Source: Polyangia bacterium (GTDB lineage: Bacteria > Myxococcota_A > Polyangia > JAAYKL01). From it: a DNA stretch of 64,000 nt. The translations under genes and the position numbers were made by a program. The notes below the pieces were generated by a model, which saw only the letters and a list, made by a program, of their open reading frames with translations, searched no databases and was not told the DNA's origin. The stretch covers positions 103,233-167,232 of the forward strand of contig JBNKCR010000017.1 of NCBI GenBank assembly GCA_050287845.1, in the 5' to 3' direction. Below are positions 30,722 to 40,350 of this stretch, piece after piece (positions within the stretch are counted from its first letter, which is position 1; each line of letters begins with the position of its first letter).

Positions 30722-31243
30722 ATGATTAAGCAACGTGTACAGGATGCCTTGAATAAACAAATCAATGTCGAAATTTATTCGTCGTATATGTATTTTTCAA
30801 TGGCTTCCTGGTTCGATTCCATTTCACTGGACGGTTTTTCTCATTGGCTGCGTGTTCAGGCGCTGGAAGAACTGACCCATGTGCAGAAATTCTCCGGATT
30901 TCTGACGGAGCGGAGCGGTCGGGCGCTGATGACCGTAGTGGATGCACCACCCACTGATTGGACTTCTCCCCTGGCGTGTTTTGAAGAAGTGTACGATCAC
31001 GAGTGCAAGGTAACGGAACTGATCAACCGTTTAATGGATGTTGCACTTGAGGAGCGGGATCACGCCACCGTCAGCTTCCTTCAGTGGTTCGTGGACGAGC
31101 AGATTGAAGAGGAAGCCAATACGGACGCTGTTGTTCAGAAATTGAAGCTGGTTGAGGGAAACCGGGGCGGTCTGTTCATGCTGGATCGCGAAATGGATAC
31201 GCGCACCTTTGTGATGCCACCCGAGCTGGCAGGGGTGTTCTGA
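30722..31243 (+). CDS. Non-heme ferritin
   Basis: ALNKQINVEIYSSY.Y, EELTH, HECKVT, DHAT..FLQWFVDEQIEEE; GGAGG RBS. Confidence 0.93.
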   Translation: MIKQRVQDALNKQINVEIYSSYMYFSMASWFDSISLDGFSHWLRVQALEELTHVQKFSGFLTERSGRALMTVVDAPPTDWTSPLACFEEVYDHECKVTELINRLMDVALEERDHATVSFLQWFVDEQIEEEANTDAVVQKLKLVEGNRGGLFMLDREMDTRTFVMPPELAGVF

Positions 31244-31309
31244 AATCGACGCAGCATCAGACGACACCTTCATGCCTCAGACACGCCTCAGAATTGGAGT
31301 TCACACAAA

Positions 31310-32515
31310 ATGAGTAATGCGTTTTCTGCATTGAAAATATCAGACAAAGTTTACTGGGTTGGCGCCATTGATTGGGGTCTTCGCAATTTTCATGGATACC
31401 GTACATCCAGAGGGTCCACGTACAACGCCTTTCTGGTGCTGGGGGACAAAGTGACCCTCATCGATACGGTCAAACCCAAATTCTACGAAGAAATGATGAG
31501 TCGCATCCGGACGGTCATCGATCCGTCGGAAATCAGATATGTGGTTTCCAACCATTCCGAGATGGATCATTCCGGCGCTATCCCGCAGGTTGTACGGGAC
31601 TTGAACGTTGAAAAGGTGTTCGCATCTCCAAAGGGAGTTGAGGCGCTCAACGGGCATTTCAGCCTGGGCGATATTCTGGAGACGGTGAAGACCGGCGACA
31701 GATTGGACATTGGCAATGCCACCCTGCGTTTCATCGAAACCCGGATGCTGCATTGGCCCGACAGCATGTTCGCTTTTTATGAAGAAGGGGGCATTCTGTT
31801 TTCCAACGATGCCTTTGGCATGCATCTGGCCACTGCCGAGCGATATGCCGAAGAGCTGGACCCCTGGATTATTCGCTACGAAGCGGCGAAATACTATGTA
31901 AACATTCTGCTGCACCTGTCGCCCATCGTGCTGAATCTTCTCAATAAGCTGCCATCGTACAATCTGGACATCAGGATGATTGCGCCGGATCATGGGCCCA
32001 TCTGGCGCCGGCCGCAGGACATTCAGCTGATTCTGGACTGGTATCGGGAGTGGGCGGAACAGAAACCCACCCGCAAGGCGGTGGTCATCTACGATACCAT
32101 GTGGGAAAGCACTGCCCGGATGGCCGCTGCCGCAGCCGATGGTCTGATCAGCGGTGGGGCCCGGGTGGAACTGATGCCTCTTGAGGGAACCCATCGAAGT
32201 GATGTGGTGACGGAGTTGCTGGATGCCGGCGCGCTGCTGGTGGGGTCTCCCACCATGAACAATCAGATTTATCCCACCGTGGCAGATGTGATGAATTATA
32301 TAAAAGGGCTGAAGCCGAAAAATCTGGTGGGGGCATCATTCGGATCCCATGGCTGGAGCGGTGAAGCCACCAGACATCTGGATGCCATAATGGAAGAAAT
32401 CAAAATCGAGCTGGTGAAACCCGGGGTGATCCACAAATATGTCCCCAACAACGACGCGCTGATGGCGTGCCGGGAACTGGGTCTGGCCGTGGCCAGACGA
32501 ATTACCGGCGAGTAG
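31310..32515 (+). CDS. fprA: Class A flavodiiron protein (FprA / rubredoxin:O2/NO oxidoreductase)
   Basis: FHGY, TYNAFL, NHSEMDHSG, LHWPDSM, SNDAFG, IAPDHG; flavodoxin domain (YDTMWEST, GSPTMN, FGSHGWSGE). Confidence 0.93.
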   Translation: MSNAFSALKISDKVYWVGAIDWGLRNFHGYRTSRGSTYNAFLVLGDKVTLIDTVKPKFYEEMMSRIRTVIDPSEIRYVVSNHSEMDHSGAIPQVVRDLNVEKVFASPKGVEALNGHFSLGDILETVKTGDRLDIGNATLRFIETRMLHWPDSMFAFYEEGGILFSNDAFGMHLATAERYAEELDPWIIRYEAAKYYVNILLHLSPIVLNLLNKLPSYNLDIRMIAPDHGPIWRRPQDIQLILDWYREWAEQKPTRKAVVIYDTMWESTARMAAAAADGLISGGARVELMPLEGTHRSDVVTELLDAGALLVGSPTMNNQIYPTVADVMNYIKGLKPKNLVGASFGSHGWSGEATRHLDAIMEEIKIELVKPGVIHKYVPNNDALMACRELGLAVARRITGE

Positions 32516-32548
32516 GCGAGTAGTCTCATCTGCTGCTGTGGTTCCACC

Positions 32549-33928
32549 TCAGTTTTTGATTTTATTGAACAGCGGGTCCTCCCTTCCGATTCGCTCCAGT
32601 TCGCTGTTTCGCCACAGTGTAGGGGATTGTCTCGGCCACTGCACCTGCATGCTGTCCTCCGGAATTGCATCGATGGATGATATATTCCTCAGCATATAAC
32701 TATGGTTGTGCGCTCTCTGATGAAATCGGTCCGTTTTTATTGTAGTCTTTCGGGAACAACCATTGCAGTTGACTCCCTCTCTCTCCGGCAATATATCAAA
32801 GGATTGCATCACAACAAATGTCTGTAGATGCAGTGTCCGAAACAACTCAAGGGGTTTTCTGATGGCGGTCACCCAGTGCCGCCAGATGGTTCTGCGGGCC
32901 TCCCGGTCAAATAGCCCGGTCAGCAGCACGAGCCAACCCTGTCTGGCCACTCCGGGAGACAGATGAGAAATATCTCTACCAGATACTTTGCTGCACAGGG
33001 ATTCAATGAGCGCCACCGCTGTGGGTCCCAGGTTGCCCAGATGTTTACCGGTGCGGCACAGGTGGGTGCCCATGGCCCATTTCAGCACCCCGGACTGGGC
33101 GGTGCTGCCCAGAAACGAGTTGAATCGATATCCCGGAAACACTTTCTGAATCTGGTCATAAATATCGTGGGTGGAGAGCATCCGACCAGCGTCGTCTCCT
33201 TCGGCTTCGTCGTGATAAGGTGACAGAAAAATGCTGCCTCGTCCCTCATCCATCTCATCCATCTCATCCATTTCCGCGTCGTCATCCCGGGAGATGGTTG
33301 CTTCAAATACCCGGGTGGCGATAAAGGTCATCATGTGCACCTTGTCCGAAACCGAACTGGCCCACAGGGCGACCCGTTGCACGTCAGCGAGGGTATCGGG
33401 AAATACCAGCGTATTGAAGCCGCAATGCAGGCCGAATTCATTGGCCAGTTCCGCCAGCATCAGCCGCAGGGAATTCAGTTCCACTTCCGCGCAATTTTCC
33501 CACCCCGGACGGTTCTGCATGGCGTTCACGTGAAACATGATTCCGAAAAGCCCCGCTGCCTTCAGGGCTGTGAGCCGTTCCCGGGTGAGCAGGATGCCAT
33601 TGGTGAGCAGAATGGGTTTCCGGTTGGCCGAAATCACCATTTTTACCGCGGCTTCCAATTCCGGGTGGAGCAGGGGTTCGCCCCCGGCGAGAACAATGGT
33701 ATCACAGGGGCTGAGCGCCACGATAGTGGCGATTTCCCGCTGTATCGTCCTGAGGCTTTTATGGGCTTCGCTTTTTGCGGGGTGAGTGCAGAATGGACAC
33801 GACAAATCGCACTTGCCGGTCACTTCGACGGTGGCCATGGCATTTCGACTGTTTCCCAGTGGCATGTCCGCGAGATAACTGGTGCACGCGCTGTTGCCAC
33901 TCAATCCTTCTGTTACGTTGATATTCAT
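32549..33928 (-). CDS. Radical SAM protein of unknown function
   Basis: CDLSCPFC (CX3CX2C), GGEPLLHP, LTNG; further C-terminal CNGC. Confidence 0.85.
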   Translation of the reverse strand: MNINVTEGLSGNSACTSYLADMPLGNSRNAMATVEVTGKCDLSCPFCTHPAKSEAHKSLRTIQREIATIVALSPCDTIVLAGGEPLLHPELEAAVKMVISANRKPILLTNGILLTRERLTALKAAGLFGIMFHVNAMQNRPGWENCAEVELNSLRLMLAELANEFGLHCGFNTLVFPDTLADVQRVALWASSVSDKVHMMTFIATRVFEATISRDDDAEMDEMDEMDEGRGSIFLSPYHDEAEGDDAGRMLSTHDIYDQIQKVFPGYRFNSFLGSTAQSGVLKWAMGTHLCRTGKHLGNLGPTAVALIESLCSKVSGRDISHLSPGVARQGWLVLLTGLFDREARRTIWRHWVTAIRKPLELFRTLHLQTFVVMQSFDILPEREGVNCNGCSRKTTIKTDRFHQRAHNHSYMLRNISSIDAIPEDSMQVQWPRQSPTLWRNSELERIGREDPLFNKIKN

Positions 33929-33969
33929 TTTATTTGTCCTTTTTTAACGCTGTTGACACGCTTTTCTAA

Positions 33970-33985
33970 AGCGGGATCCATGCCA
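33970..33985 (-). promoter_or_regulatory. Sigma54 (-24/-12) promoter for the radical SAM gene
   Basis: Minus strand TGGCATGGATCCCGCT has GG-N10-GC spacing, about 40 bp upstream of the start codon. Confidence 0.7.
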
Positions 33986-34000
33986 TACGGTCCACGACGC

Positions 34001-34013
34001 TAAGTATTTGATA
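34001..34013 (-). promoter_or_regulatory. IHF binding site
   Basis: Minus strand TATCAAATACTTA matches WATCAA-N4-TTR; lies between the promoter and the UAS-like sites. Confidence 0.65.
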
Positions 34014-34048
34014 TTATTAAATTTATATGAATCGTATATTGTTGTTAA

Positions 34049-34113
34049 GTTGCGTAATTGCAACCTGATTCAATCTGGGTAGCTAAAATGCATTTTTGTT
34101 GCGTTTCTGCTAC
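34049..34113. promoter_or_regulatory. Candidate upstream activator sequences (3 copies of GTWGC-N6-GCWAC-like)
   Basis: GTTGCGTAATTGCAAC (34049-34064), GTAGCTAAAATGCATT (34079-34094), GTTGCGTTTCTGCTAC (34098-34113). Confidence 0.55.
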
Positions 34114-34133
34114 TATTTGTTTACAGTCGCCGG

Positions 34134-35864
34134 ATGCATGAGAAAGACTGGAGACAGAGATTCGCGGACACGGCAGAAATGCTCCCCGTCATTGTTTGCG
34201 AAATGGATAGGTCCCTTCGCATAACCTATGTGAATCAAACGGGATTTCGGGTTACCGGGTACAACGATGACGATTTCGTCCGGGGATTGAACCTGCGGCA
34301 GCTCATTCCTGCGGAGGATGCCGGCAAGGCCGGTGCCAACCTGCAGAAAATTCTTGCCGGTGAAACGGTGGGCGCCCAGGAATACCGGATTGTGCATCGG
34401 GATGGGACCCTCGGGGAGTATCAGATGAACAGCGCCCCAATCTGGGAAGACGGCAGGGTGATTGGGATTCGCAGTTCATTGACCGATGTGGGAGAGCTCA
34501 ATCGAACCCGGCGGGAACTGCAGCGCAGCGAAGAAAAATTCAGGCGAATTTTTTTTCAGTCGCCGGTGGCGGTGGCCATATTTGCCGGGAACGGCAATCA
34601 TCTGGATTCCAACGGTGCATTCCGCCAGATTCTCCCCAGAATGGGATATACCGAAGCCCGGGTGAAACTGTCGCATCTGGTAACGCTGACAGCGGAAGGG
34701 CAGACAGTGCTGGCACAGGGATCGGTGCTGAAAGGAGAGCAGCGTTTTGCCACAGGCACTGGAGACGAAGACTATCTGTTGATGGAATGGCGGCTGACGC
34801 CCCTTGGAGAAATCGATGGAGAACAGCATCTTCTGTTGCAGATGCTGGATGTGACGGCGCAACGGAAAAAGGAGGAGGAGGACCAGAAAGTCATCGACCA
34901 CCTGCGCCAGGAAGCCCAGGGGCAATATACGTTTGGAAATCTGATTACCCGCAGCCCGCCCATGAAACAGATTTTTCAGATGCTGGGCCCCATTTCCGAT
35001 GCCGGCACCAATGTGCTGATCACGGGAGAAAGCGGTACGGGCAAGGAAATGATTGCCCGGGCCATACACGCTGGGGGAAATCGCAGGGACAAGCCGTTTG
35101 TCGCATTCAACTGCAGCGCGCTGCCGGACAACCTGATTGAATCGGAGCTGTTCGGCTATGAGGCAGGGGCGTTCACCGACGCCCGGAAGAATAAACCTGG
35201 AAAGTTCGCTCTGGCCGATGGGGGAATCATTTTTCTGGATGAAATTGGCGACATTTCCGGCAGCATGCAGGCCAAGCTGCTTCGGGTGCTCCAGGAAAAA
35301 ACCTTTGAGCCCCTGGGAGGTACGATGTCGGTGCGGGTGGATGTGCGGGTCATTGCCGCCACCAACCGCAATCTCCAGGAAATGGTGCGTCGGGGCGAAT
35401 TCCGGGAGGACCTGTTTTATCGACTGAATGTTCTGCGGATTCCGCTGCCGCCGCTGCGGGAGCGGGTGGTGGATATTCCGGCGTTGTGTGAGCACTTTCT
35501 GGCCAAGTTCAATCGCGTGTTTCAAAAGCAGATATCGGGTTTCAGCGACGATGCCATGAATGTGCTCATGTCCAACCCGTTTCCCGGAAATATCCGGCAG
35601 CTGGAGAACGCGGTGGAGCACGCGTTTGTGTTTTGTGAAGAAAAGTACATTGATGTGAAACACTTGCCGGATGATGTCGGAGGTGTGCCATCCAGTGCCG
35701 CCAGGGCGCGGCTGACCCGCTTCAAGTCTCTGGAAGAACTTGAATCATCATTTATGGAAGCGGTGATTGCCGAGTGTGGCGGTTCCAAAATAAAAGCAGC
35801 CAAAAGGTTGGGAATTCACAAAACCACCCTTTTCAGGAAGCTGAAAAAATATCAGATGGGGTAA
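34134..35864 (+). CDS. PAS-domain sigma54-dependent transcriptional activator
   Basis: Two PAS-like domains; GESGTGKE, ESELFG, GAFTDA, FLDEIGD, FREDLFYRL, FPGNIRQL; Fis HTH. Confidence 0.93.
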   Translation: MHEKDWRQRFADTAEMLPVIVCEMDRSLRITYVNQTGFRVTGYNDDDFVRGLNLRQLIPAEDAGKAGANLQKILAGETVGAQEYRIVHRDGTLGEYQMNSAPIWEDGRVIGIRSSLTDVGELNRTRRELQRSEEKFRRIFFQSPVAVAIFAGNGNHLDSNGAFRQILPRMGYTEARVKLSHLVTLTAEGQTVLAQGSVLKGEQRFATGTGDEDYLLMEWRLTPLGEIDGEQHLLLQMLDVTAQRKKEEEDQKVIDHLRQEAQGQYTFGNLITRSPPMKQIFQMLGPISDAGTNVLITGESGTGKEMIARAIHAGGNRRDKPFVAFNCSALPDNLIESELFGYEAGAFTDARKNKPGKFALADGGIIFLDEIGDISGSMQAKLLRVLQEKTFEPLGGTMSVRVDVRVIAATNRNLQEMVRRGEFREDLFYRLNVLRIPLPPLRERVVDIPALCEHFLAKFNRVFQKQISGFSDDAMNVLMSNPFPGNIRQLENAVEHAFVFCEEKYIDVKHLPDDVGGVPSSAARARLTRFKSLEELESSFMEAVIAECGGSKIKAAKRLGIHKTTLFRKLKKYQMG

Positions 35865-35876
35865 TTTCCCGTTGGT

Positions 35877-36737
35877 TTATTCCACTTCGGGAATGTAGGT
35901 TTCGATGCATTCGATGCTGGTGGTGATATGAAAATTGGACTGGTCGGTATGGCGTTCGGCGTGGAAAATGTCCATGGTATATTCTTCACCGCGGGTCAGC
36001 CCCAGGGTGTCCAGCGCCACAGATCCGGCCGTTTGCGGGTGCAGTCCCCCCAAATCCATGGCCAGCTGACCGTCAATGAACATCCACAGGTCATCGTCCC
36101 CCGTAAAATTGAACACTTCGCCCCCCTGGTAGAAGAATTTGAGATGCACCTCGGTGGTGAAATGAAAATTGTGATTGTTGCCATCGTTGCCAAAACTGTC
36201 CGGTTCGTCGTCCAGGGGGAAAAAGGCATTGCTGCTGTACTCGTACAGACCGTCCGCGTTCTGCGTCAGGGGGATTTCCTCCTGAAACGGCAGATTGACC
36301 CCCGGGACATCCCGGTACCACTGGTTGAAGGTGTCGGCGCCGGTGATTTGCTGGTTGTATTCGGTGCCTTCGCCGGTGCTGGCAAACACCGGTTTCACGT
36401 CAGCGCCCAGGGTGGCGGCTACCAGTCCGGTGGTTTCTCCCCAACCGGAGTACACCTGAAAGTCGGGATGGTCGGCGCGGAAATCGCGAATGGTGGCCAC
36501 GATGTGGCTTTTGCATCCATCTGATTCGCTGTCCCGGGAACTGCTGGCGGTATCGGTTCCCGAATTGCCGGCTGAATCATTCCACTGGGAATCGGTTTCC
36601 TGTTGCGACGTATCCATCCCATCCGTGCCGTTGCCGTCATCACCACCGCTATCGTCCGTACACCCCATCAGAAGCGCCAGCAGAGTCGCACCGAGGATGC
36701 CAGATACCGTGTTACCTGTTCTGTGTGTCATGGTCAT
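35877..36737 (-). CDS. Fibro-slime (PA14-like) domain lipoprotein
   Basis: Lipobox LMGC, acidic linker; IRDF..HPDF, FNQWYRDVPGVN, FFPLD, HNFHFTTE, FTGDDDLWMFIDGQLAMDLGGLH, FHAERHT. Confidence 0.88.
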   Translation of the reverse strand: MTMTHRTGNTVSGILGATLLALLMGCTDDSGGDDGNGTDGMDTSQQETDSQWNDSAGNSGTDTASSSRDSESDGCKSHIVATIRDFRADHPDFQVYSGWGETTGLVAATLGADVKPVFASTGEGTEYNQQITGADTFNQWYRDVPGVNLPFQEEIPLTQNADGLYEYSSNAFFPLDDEPDSFGNDGNNHNFHFTTEVHLKFFYQGGEVFNFTGDDDLWMFIDGQLAMDLGGLHPQTAGSVALDTLGLTRGEEYTMDIFHAERHTDQSNFHITTSIECIETYIPEVE

Positions 36738-36963
36738 TGGGATACCCCCTTGTCAATTCCGTTGGCTTAAAGTGCAAATCAGTCCGTTGCAACATATATG
36801 TGAGATGAACCACAATAATGGAATATCGGAAAAATGTTATCAATATTGAATTTTTTTACCGTGGCGGTGATGAAAAATGCCCGATCATGGGGAAAGATTG
36901 GGCTGGCATCGTCCAGTTGGTTCAAAATATTGCGCTTTTTCCAAAGTTCATTACTCTTGGGAG

Positions 36964-38484
36964 ATGGCGATAACCAAAGAGAAAGATGCGTCGTCTGCGC
37001 TGTATGACGCCTTTCACAAACCCGGGACCCGTGCCTGGCGCTGGACGGAGGGGTTCATCTGGGCACTGATCGTGATTTCAAGCGTTCTGATGCTCGCCGA
37101 TATTTTTTACTGGGAGGTGCAGCCGCCATGGTTGCGTGTGGTCGATCGGGGCATTCTGATTGTATTCGCCCTGGAGCTGATTCTCCGGACCGCCACGTAT
37201 AAATCCAATACGGCAGATGTGTTTACCGGCGGACACCTGTGGCAGGTTCGCACCCATCTGGCCGACCGATTTCTGTTTCTGATTTCGCCTTTGCAGCTGC
37301 TGGATCTGGTGGTGATTCTGACGTTTCTGCCCCAGCTGCGCGGGCTCCGCATGCTCCGGCTGTTGCGACTGGCCCGGGGAATGCGGCTGTTTCAGTACTC
37401 CGATCCCCTCCGGGATGTGGTGCGCACCTTTAAGGAAAATTCGCTGCTGTATGCCTTCACCTTCACCTTTCTCGCCATTGTGGTCACGTTGGGGGGTGTC
37501 TCGTTTTATGTGGTGGAATCCGCTTCGAATCCGGCTGTGACGTCCATTCAGGATGGCATCTGGTGGGCGCTGGTGACGGTGACCACGGTGGGATACGGCG
37601 ATGTGATACCGACCACCATGCCCCTGGGTCGGGTGATTGCCGGCGTGGTGATGATTCTTGGCATGTTCACCCTTGCGCTGTTTGCGGGAATCGTGAGCAG
37701 CACTCTGCTGCGCGTGCTGATTAGCTTGCGGGGAGACCAATTTCGTATGTCAAATTATACCAATCATATCGTGGTGGTGGGGTACAACGATGCGTGTAAT
37801 CTGCTGCTGGATGCGCTGCTGAAGGAAACGGATCCCAGTCACAGTGAACTGGTGATTTTTGCCGAGGGGGAGCGCCCCGGCGGTCTGCCGCCGGATTTTG
37901 TGTGGGTGAGTGGAAATCCCGCCAGGGAGAGCGAGCTCGACAAGGTTCGCATGACCCATGCGAGAACAGCCATTGTGGTGGGAGACCGTCATCAGTCGCC
38001 ATCCCAGGCGGACGCGGCCACCATCATGATTGTGTTTACCATCCGATCTTACATGGAACGGCAGGGCATGAGGGAAAAACGCAGGCAGCCGATTTATATT
38101 GTGGCCGAGATCCTCGACCCGGAAAATGTGGCCCACGCCACCACCGCCGGAGCGAACGAAGTGATTGAGACCACCCGTCTCGGTTTTTCGATGATGGCCC
38201 ACGCCGCCCTGGTGCCCGGTACCGGCACCATCATGTCAAATGTGGCCTCTGCCGGCGCCCACAGTCTGTACATTACAGCAAACCCGATTGCGGAGCAGAC
38301 CACCTTCGGTGAGCTGGCCGATCGGTTGCATGGCACCCATGGCATCATTCTGCTGGGCATCAAGGACAGAGCCACCGCCAAGGTGCAGATGGATCCCGGA
38401 GACAATACGATGGTTTCTGAAAATGTGGATATTGTGTATCTGTCCCGGGCGCCGATTGCCGCAGATGACCCGAAATCCGACTGA
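36964..38484 (+). CDS. 6-TM potassium channel with RCK/TrkA-N domain
   Basis: S4-like LRGLRMLRLLRLAR; WWALVTVTTVGYGD selectivity filter; NHIVVVG RCK domain. Confidence 0.92.
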   Translation: MAITKEKDASSALYDAFHKPGTRAWRWTEGFIWALIVISSVLMLADIFYWEVQPPWLRVVDRGILIVFALELILRTATYKSNTADVFTGGHLWQVRTHLADRFLFLISPLQLLDLVVILTFLPQLRGLRMLRLLRLARGMRLFQYSDPLRDVVRTFKENSLLYAFTFTFLAIVVTLGGVSFYVVESASNPAVTSIQDGIWWALVTVTTVGYGDVIPTTMPLGRVIAGVVMILGMFTLALFAGIVSSTLLRVLISLRGDQFRMSNYTNHIVVVGYNDACNLLLDALLKETDPSHSELVIFAEGERPGGLPPDFVWVSGNPARESELDKVRMTHARTAIVVGDRHQSPSQADAATIMIVFTIRSYMERQGMREKRRQPIYIVAEILDPENVAHATTAGANEVIETTRLGFSMMAHAALVPGTGTIMSNVASAGAHSLYITANPIAEQTTFGELADRLHGTHGIILLGIKDRATAKVQMDPGDNTMVSENVDIVYLSRAPIAADDPKSD

Positions 38485-38508
38485 CACAGTGACGGAACCC
38501 ATCGCGGG

Positions 38509-40308
38509 TCAATCCAGTATCAGCGACAGCAGGGAAGAGGATGGCCGCCGGGGCGCGGTGTGACACCCCGGAAAATCCGACGCGCCGCTTCGTGCGGTGG
38601 CGCCTCCGGGTTCTCTGCCGGAGTCGCTGCTTTGACCAGGGTCGGAATCATTGGTATTTTCTGGCCCGGTGGCTGAATCTGTATCTTCGTCAGATTTATC
38701 TGTATCCGTTGAAGATGTGTCCGACGGGGAGCGGACCGATAGATTGACGACGGCATCCAGATCGTATCCGGAACCCGCCGCGTTGAATGGTACGACATTG
38801 TTTTCATCAACCACCCGAATGTAGCGGATGCTATCAAATGATGTCCGGGCCAAATCCAGGGCAATGTCACCGGCGCCCGCGCCGATTTCGGCAAAGGGGC
38901 CGTCCTGATCGGTGGCGGCATAAATCCGGGCCATCTCGTCGCTCCCCGTGGCGCTGACAATTCGCAGATCGTCGCCGGGCTGGTCGGTGACCGGCCAGGC
39001 GGCTCCCATATCGATGGTGACTGTCCCGCCGGCGCCCAGGGAATAGGCATAGCCGTCGGGCATTCCCAGCGCATCCGAAACGATGGTGTCGTTATCGTAT
39101 CCGTTGGTGGCCACATATTGATTGCTGATGTCCCGGGGCAGGGTCATTTCGTTGATTTGAAATCCACCGGTGAAGGCAGCGTCCGGTGTGAGCTGAAATT
39201 CGATAACGGGTTGGTCGCCACGGACTACCACCGGTTCAATGGTGCGGGGATGGTAGCCCGGCGCCCAGGCGGTCACTTCATATGTGCCATCCAGCAGAAT
39301 GCGGTGAAACACGCCGGTTGTGGGGTGGGTGAACACGGGTTCTCCTTCGGGCTCAACGGTGATCATGCCGTGAAGGGGTAATCCGGTCACCGCGTCCACA
39401 ACCTTCCCCCGCACCCCGCGAAATGCCCAGGAAAAAAAAGACCGCAATGCCGGCTCGTGAACGTCCCATACCAAATCGTCGCTTTCCGTGAGCTCGATGG
39501 TCCAGTCGAATGTGCCCTGCGTCCCCAGGGACCAGTCGTTGACATCGCCCGATATCTGATACCAGTCCCACCCGAAAACCACGTCGTAGTCGCTTTCTCC
39601 GGCGTAGTCCCGTCCGATGGCGTCGATGAGCGCGTCGTCGCGCGGATAGAACGGGGTGTAGTTCCACGGTCCATTCACGTATCCCGCTTCGGTGTGGTAA
39701 CTCAGGCCCAGGGCGAATGCATGCTGCTGACTGATGTTGCGCACCGCCCTGGACTCCGGCTCGCTGAACGGTTCGCCGGGGGTGGCTTCACTCCAGCCGA
39801 ATCCGAAGTTCCGGTTCAGATCAATGTAGTCGGCGTTGAAACGGGAAGGGGGGGTGTCGGCATATCCATCCGGGTTCACCAGGGGAATGAAGAGAAATTC
39901 AATTTCATCGATAAAGCGGCCAAGCTCGGCATCGGTCTCATAGCCTTCGAGGAGCCAGTTCATGATATGGAGCACTTCCGCCACGGATTGGCATTCATTG
40001 CCATGGATGCCCCCGATGATGCGAATTTCCGGTACGGATCCGGGGGTGGTAAAGGTTCCCGAAATCTCCAGTGACCGGATGGGGCGCCCTTCCACCGAGG
40101 TGCCCAGGTCGTCGGCCCGGGTGAGCTGCGGGTATTTCCGGTTCATCTCGTCCAGTTGCTGCCCGATGTCTTCGAGGGCGGGAAATCCGTCACAGGCCGC
40201 AAGAAGGATTCGGGGTATGGCCAGACACAGGGCAATGATGGACACTGTCCGGCGCACGCCGGCAAAGATACCGTGGGCGACGCCACGGGCTGGATGAAAA
40301 AAGTTCAT
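38509..40308 (-). CDS. Exported M14 zinc carboxypeptidase with C-terminal sorting-like tail
   Basis: LGTSVEGR, HGNE, NPDG, DLNRNF, SEPE, SYH, WTIE; carboxypeptidase-regulatory-like domain (GVRGKVVD); acidic linker; GCHTAPRRPSSSLLSLILD. Confidence 0.88.
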   Translation of the reverse strand: MNFFHPARGVAHGIFAGVRRTVSIIALCLAIPRILLAACDGFPALEDIGQQLDEMNRKYPQLTRADDLGTSVEGRPIRSLEISGTFTTPGSVPEIRIIGGIHGNECQSVAEVLHIMNWLLEGYETDAELGRFIDEIEFLFIPLVNPDGYADTPPSRFNADYIDLNRNFGFGWSEATPGEPFSEPESRAVRNISQQHAFALGLSYHTEAGYVNGPWNYTPFYPRDDALIDAIGRDYAGESDYDVVFGWDWYQISGDVNDWSLGTQGTFDWTIELTESDDLVWDVHEPALRSFFSWAFRGVRGKVVDAVTGLPLHGMITVEPEGEPVFTHPTTGVFHRILLDGTYEVTAWAPGYHPRTIEPVVVRGDQPVIEFQLTPDAAFTGGFQINEMTLPRDISNQYVATNGYDNDTIVSDALGMPDGYAYSLGAGGTVTIDMGAAWPVTDQPGDDLRIVSATGSDEMARIYAATDQDGPFAEIGAGAGDIALDLARTSFDSIRYIRVVDENNVVPFNAAGSGYDLDAVVNLSVRSPSDTSSTDTDKSDEDTDSATGPENTNDSDPGQSSDSGREPGGATARSGASDFPGCHTAPRRPSSSLLSLILD

Positions 40309-40350
40309 TTGTCCTTCTTTATGCAAATATGATTCGATTGCTTCGGGATA

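Noticed and set aside
32549..33928. Radical SAM as a RiPP maturase
   Set aside because: No adjacent precursor peptide, RRE, transporter or clear SPASM Cys pattern.
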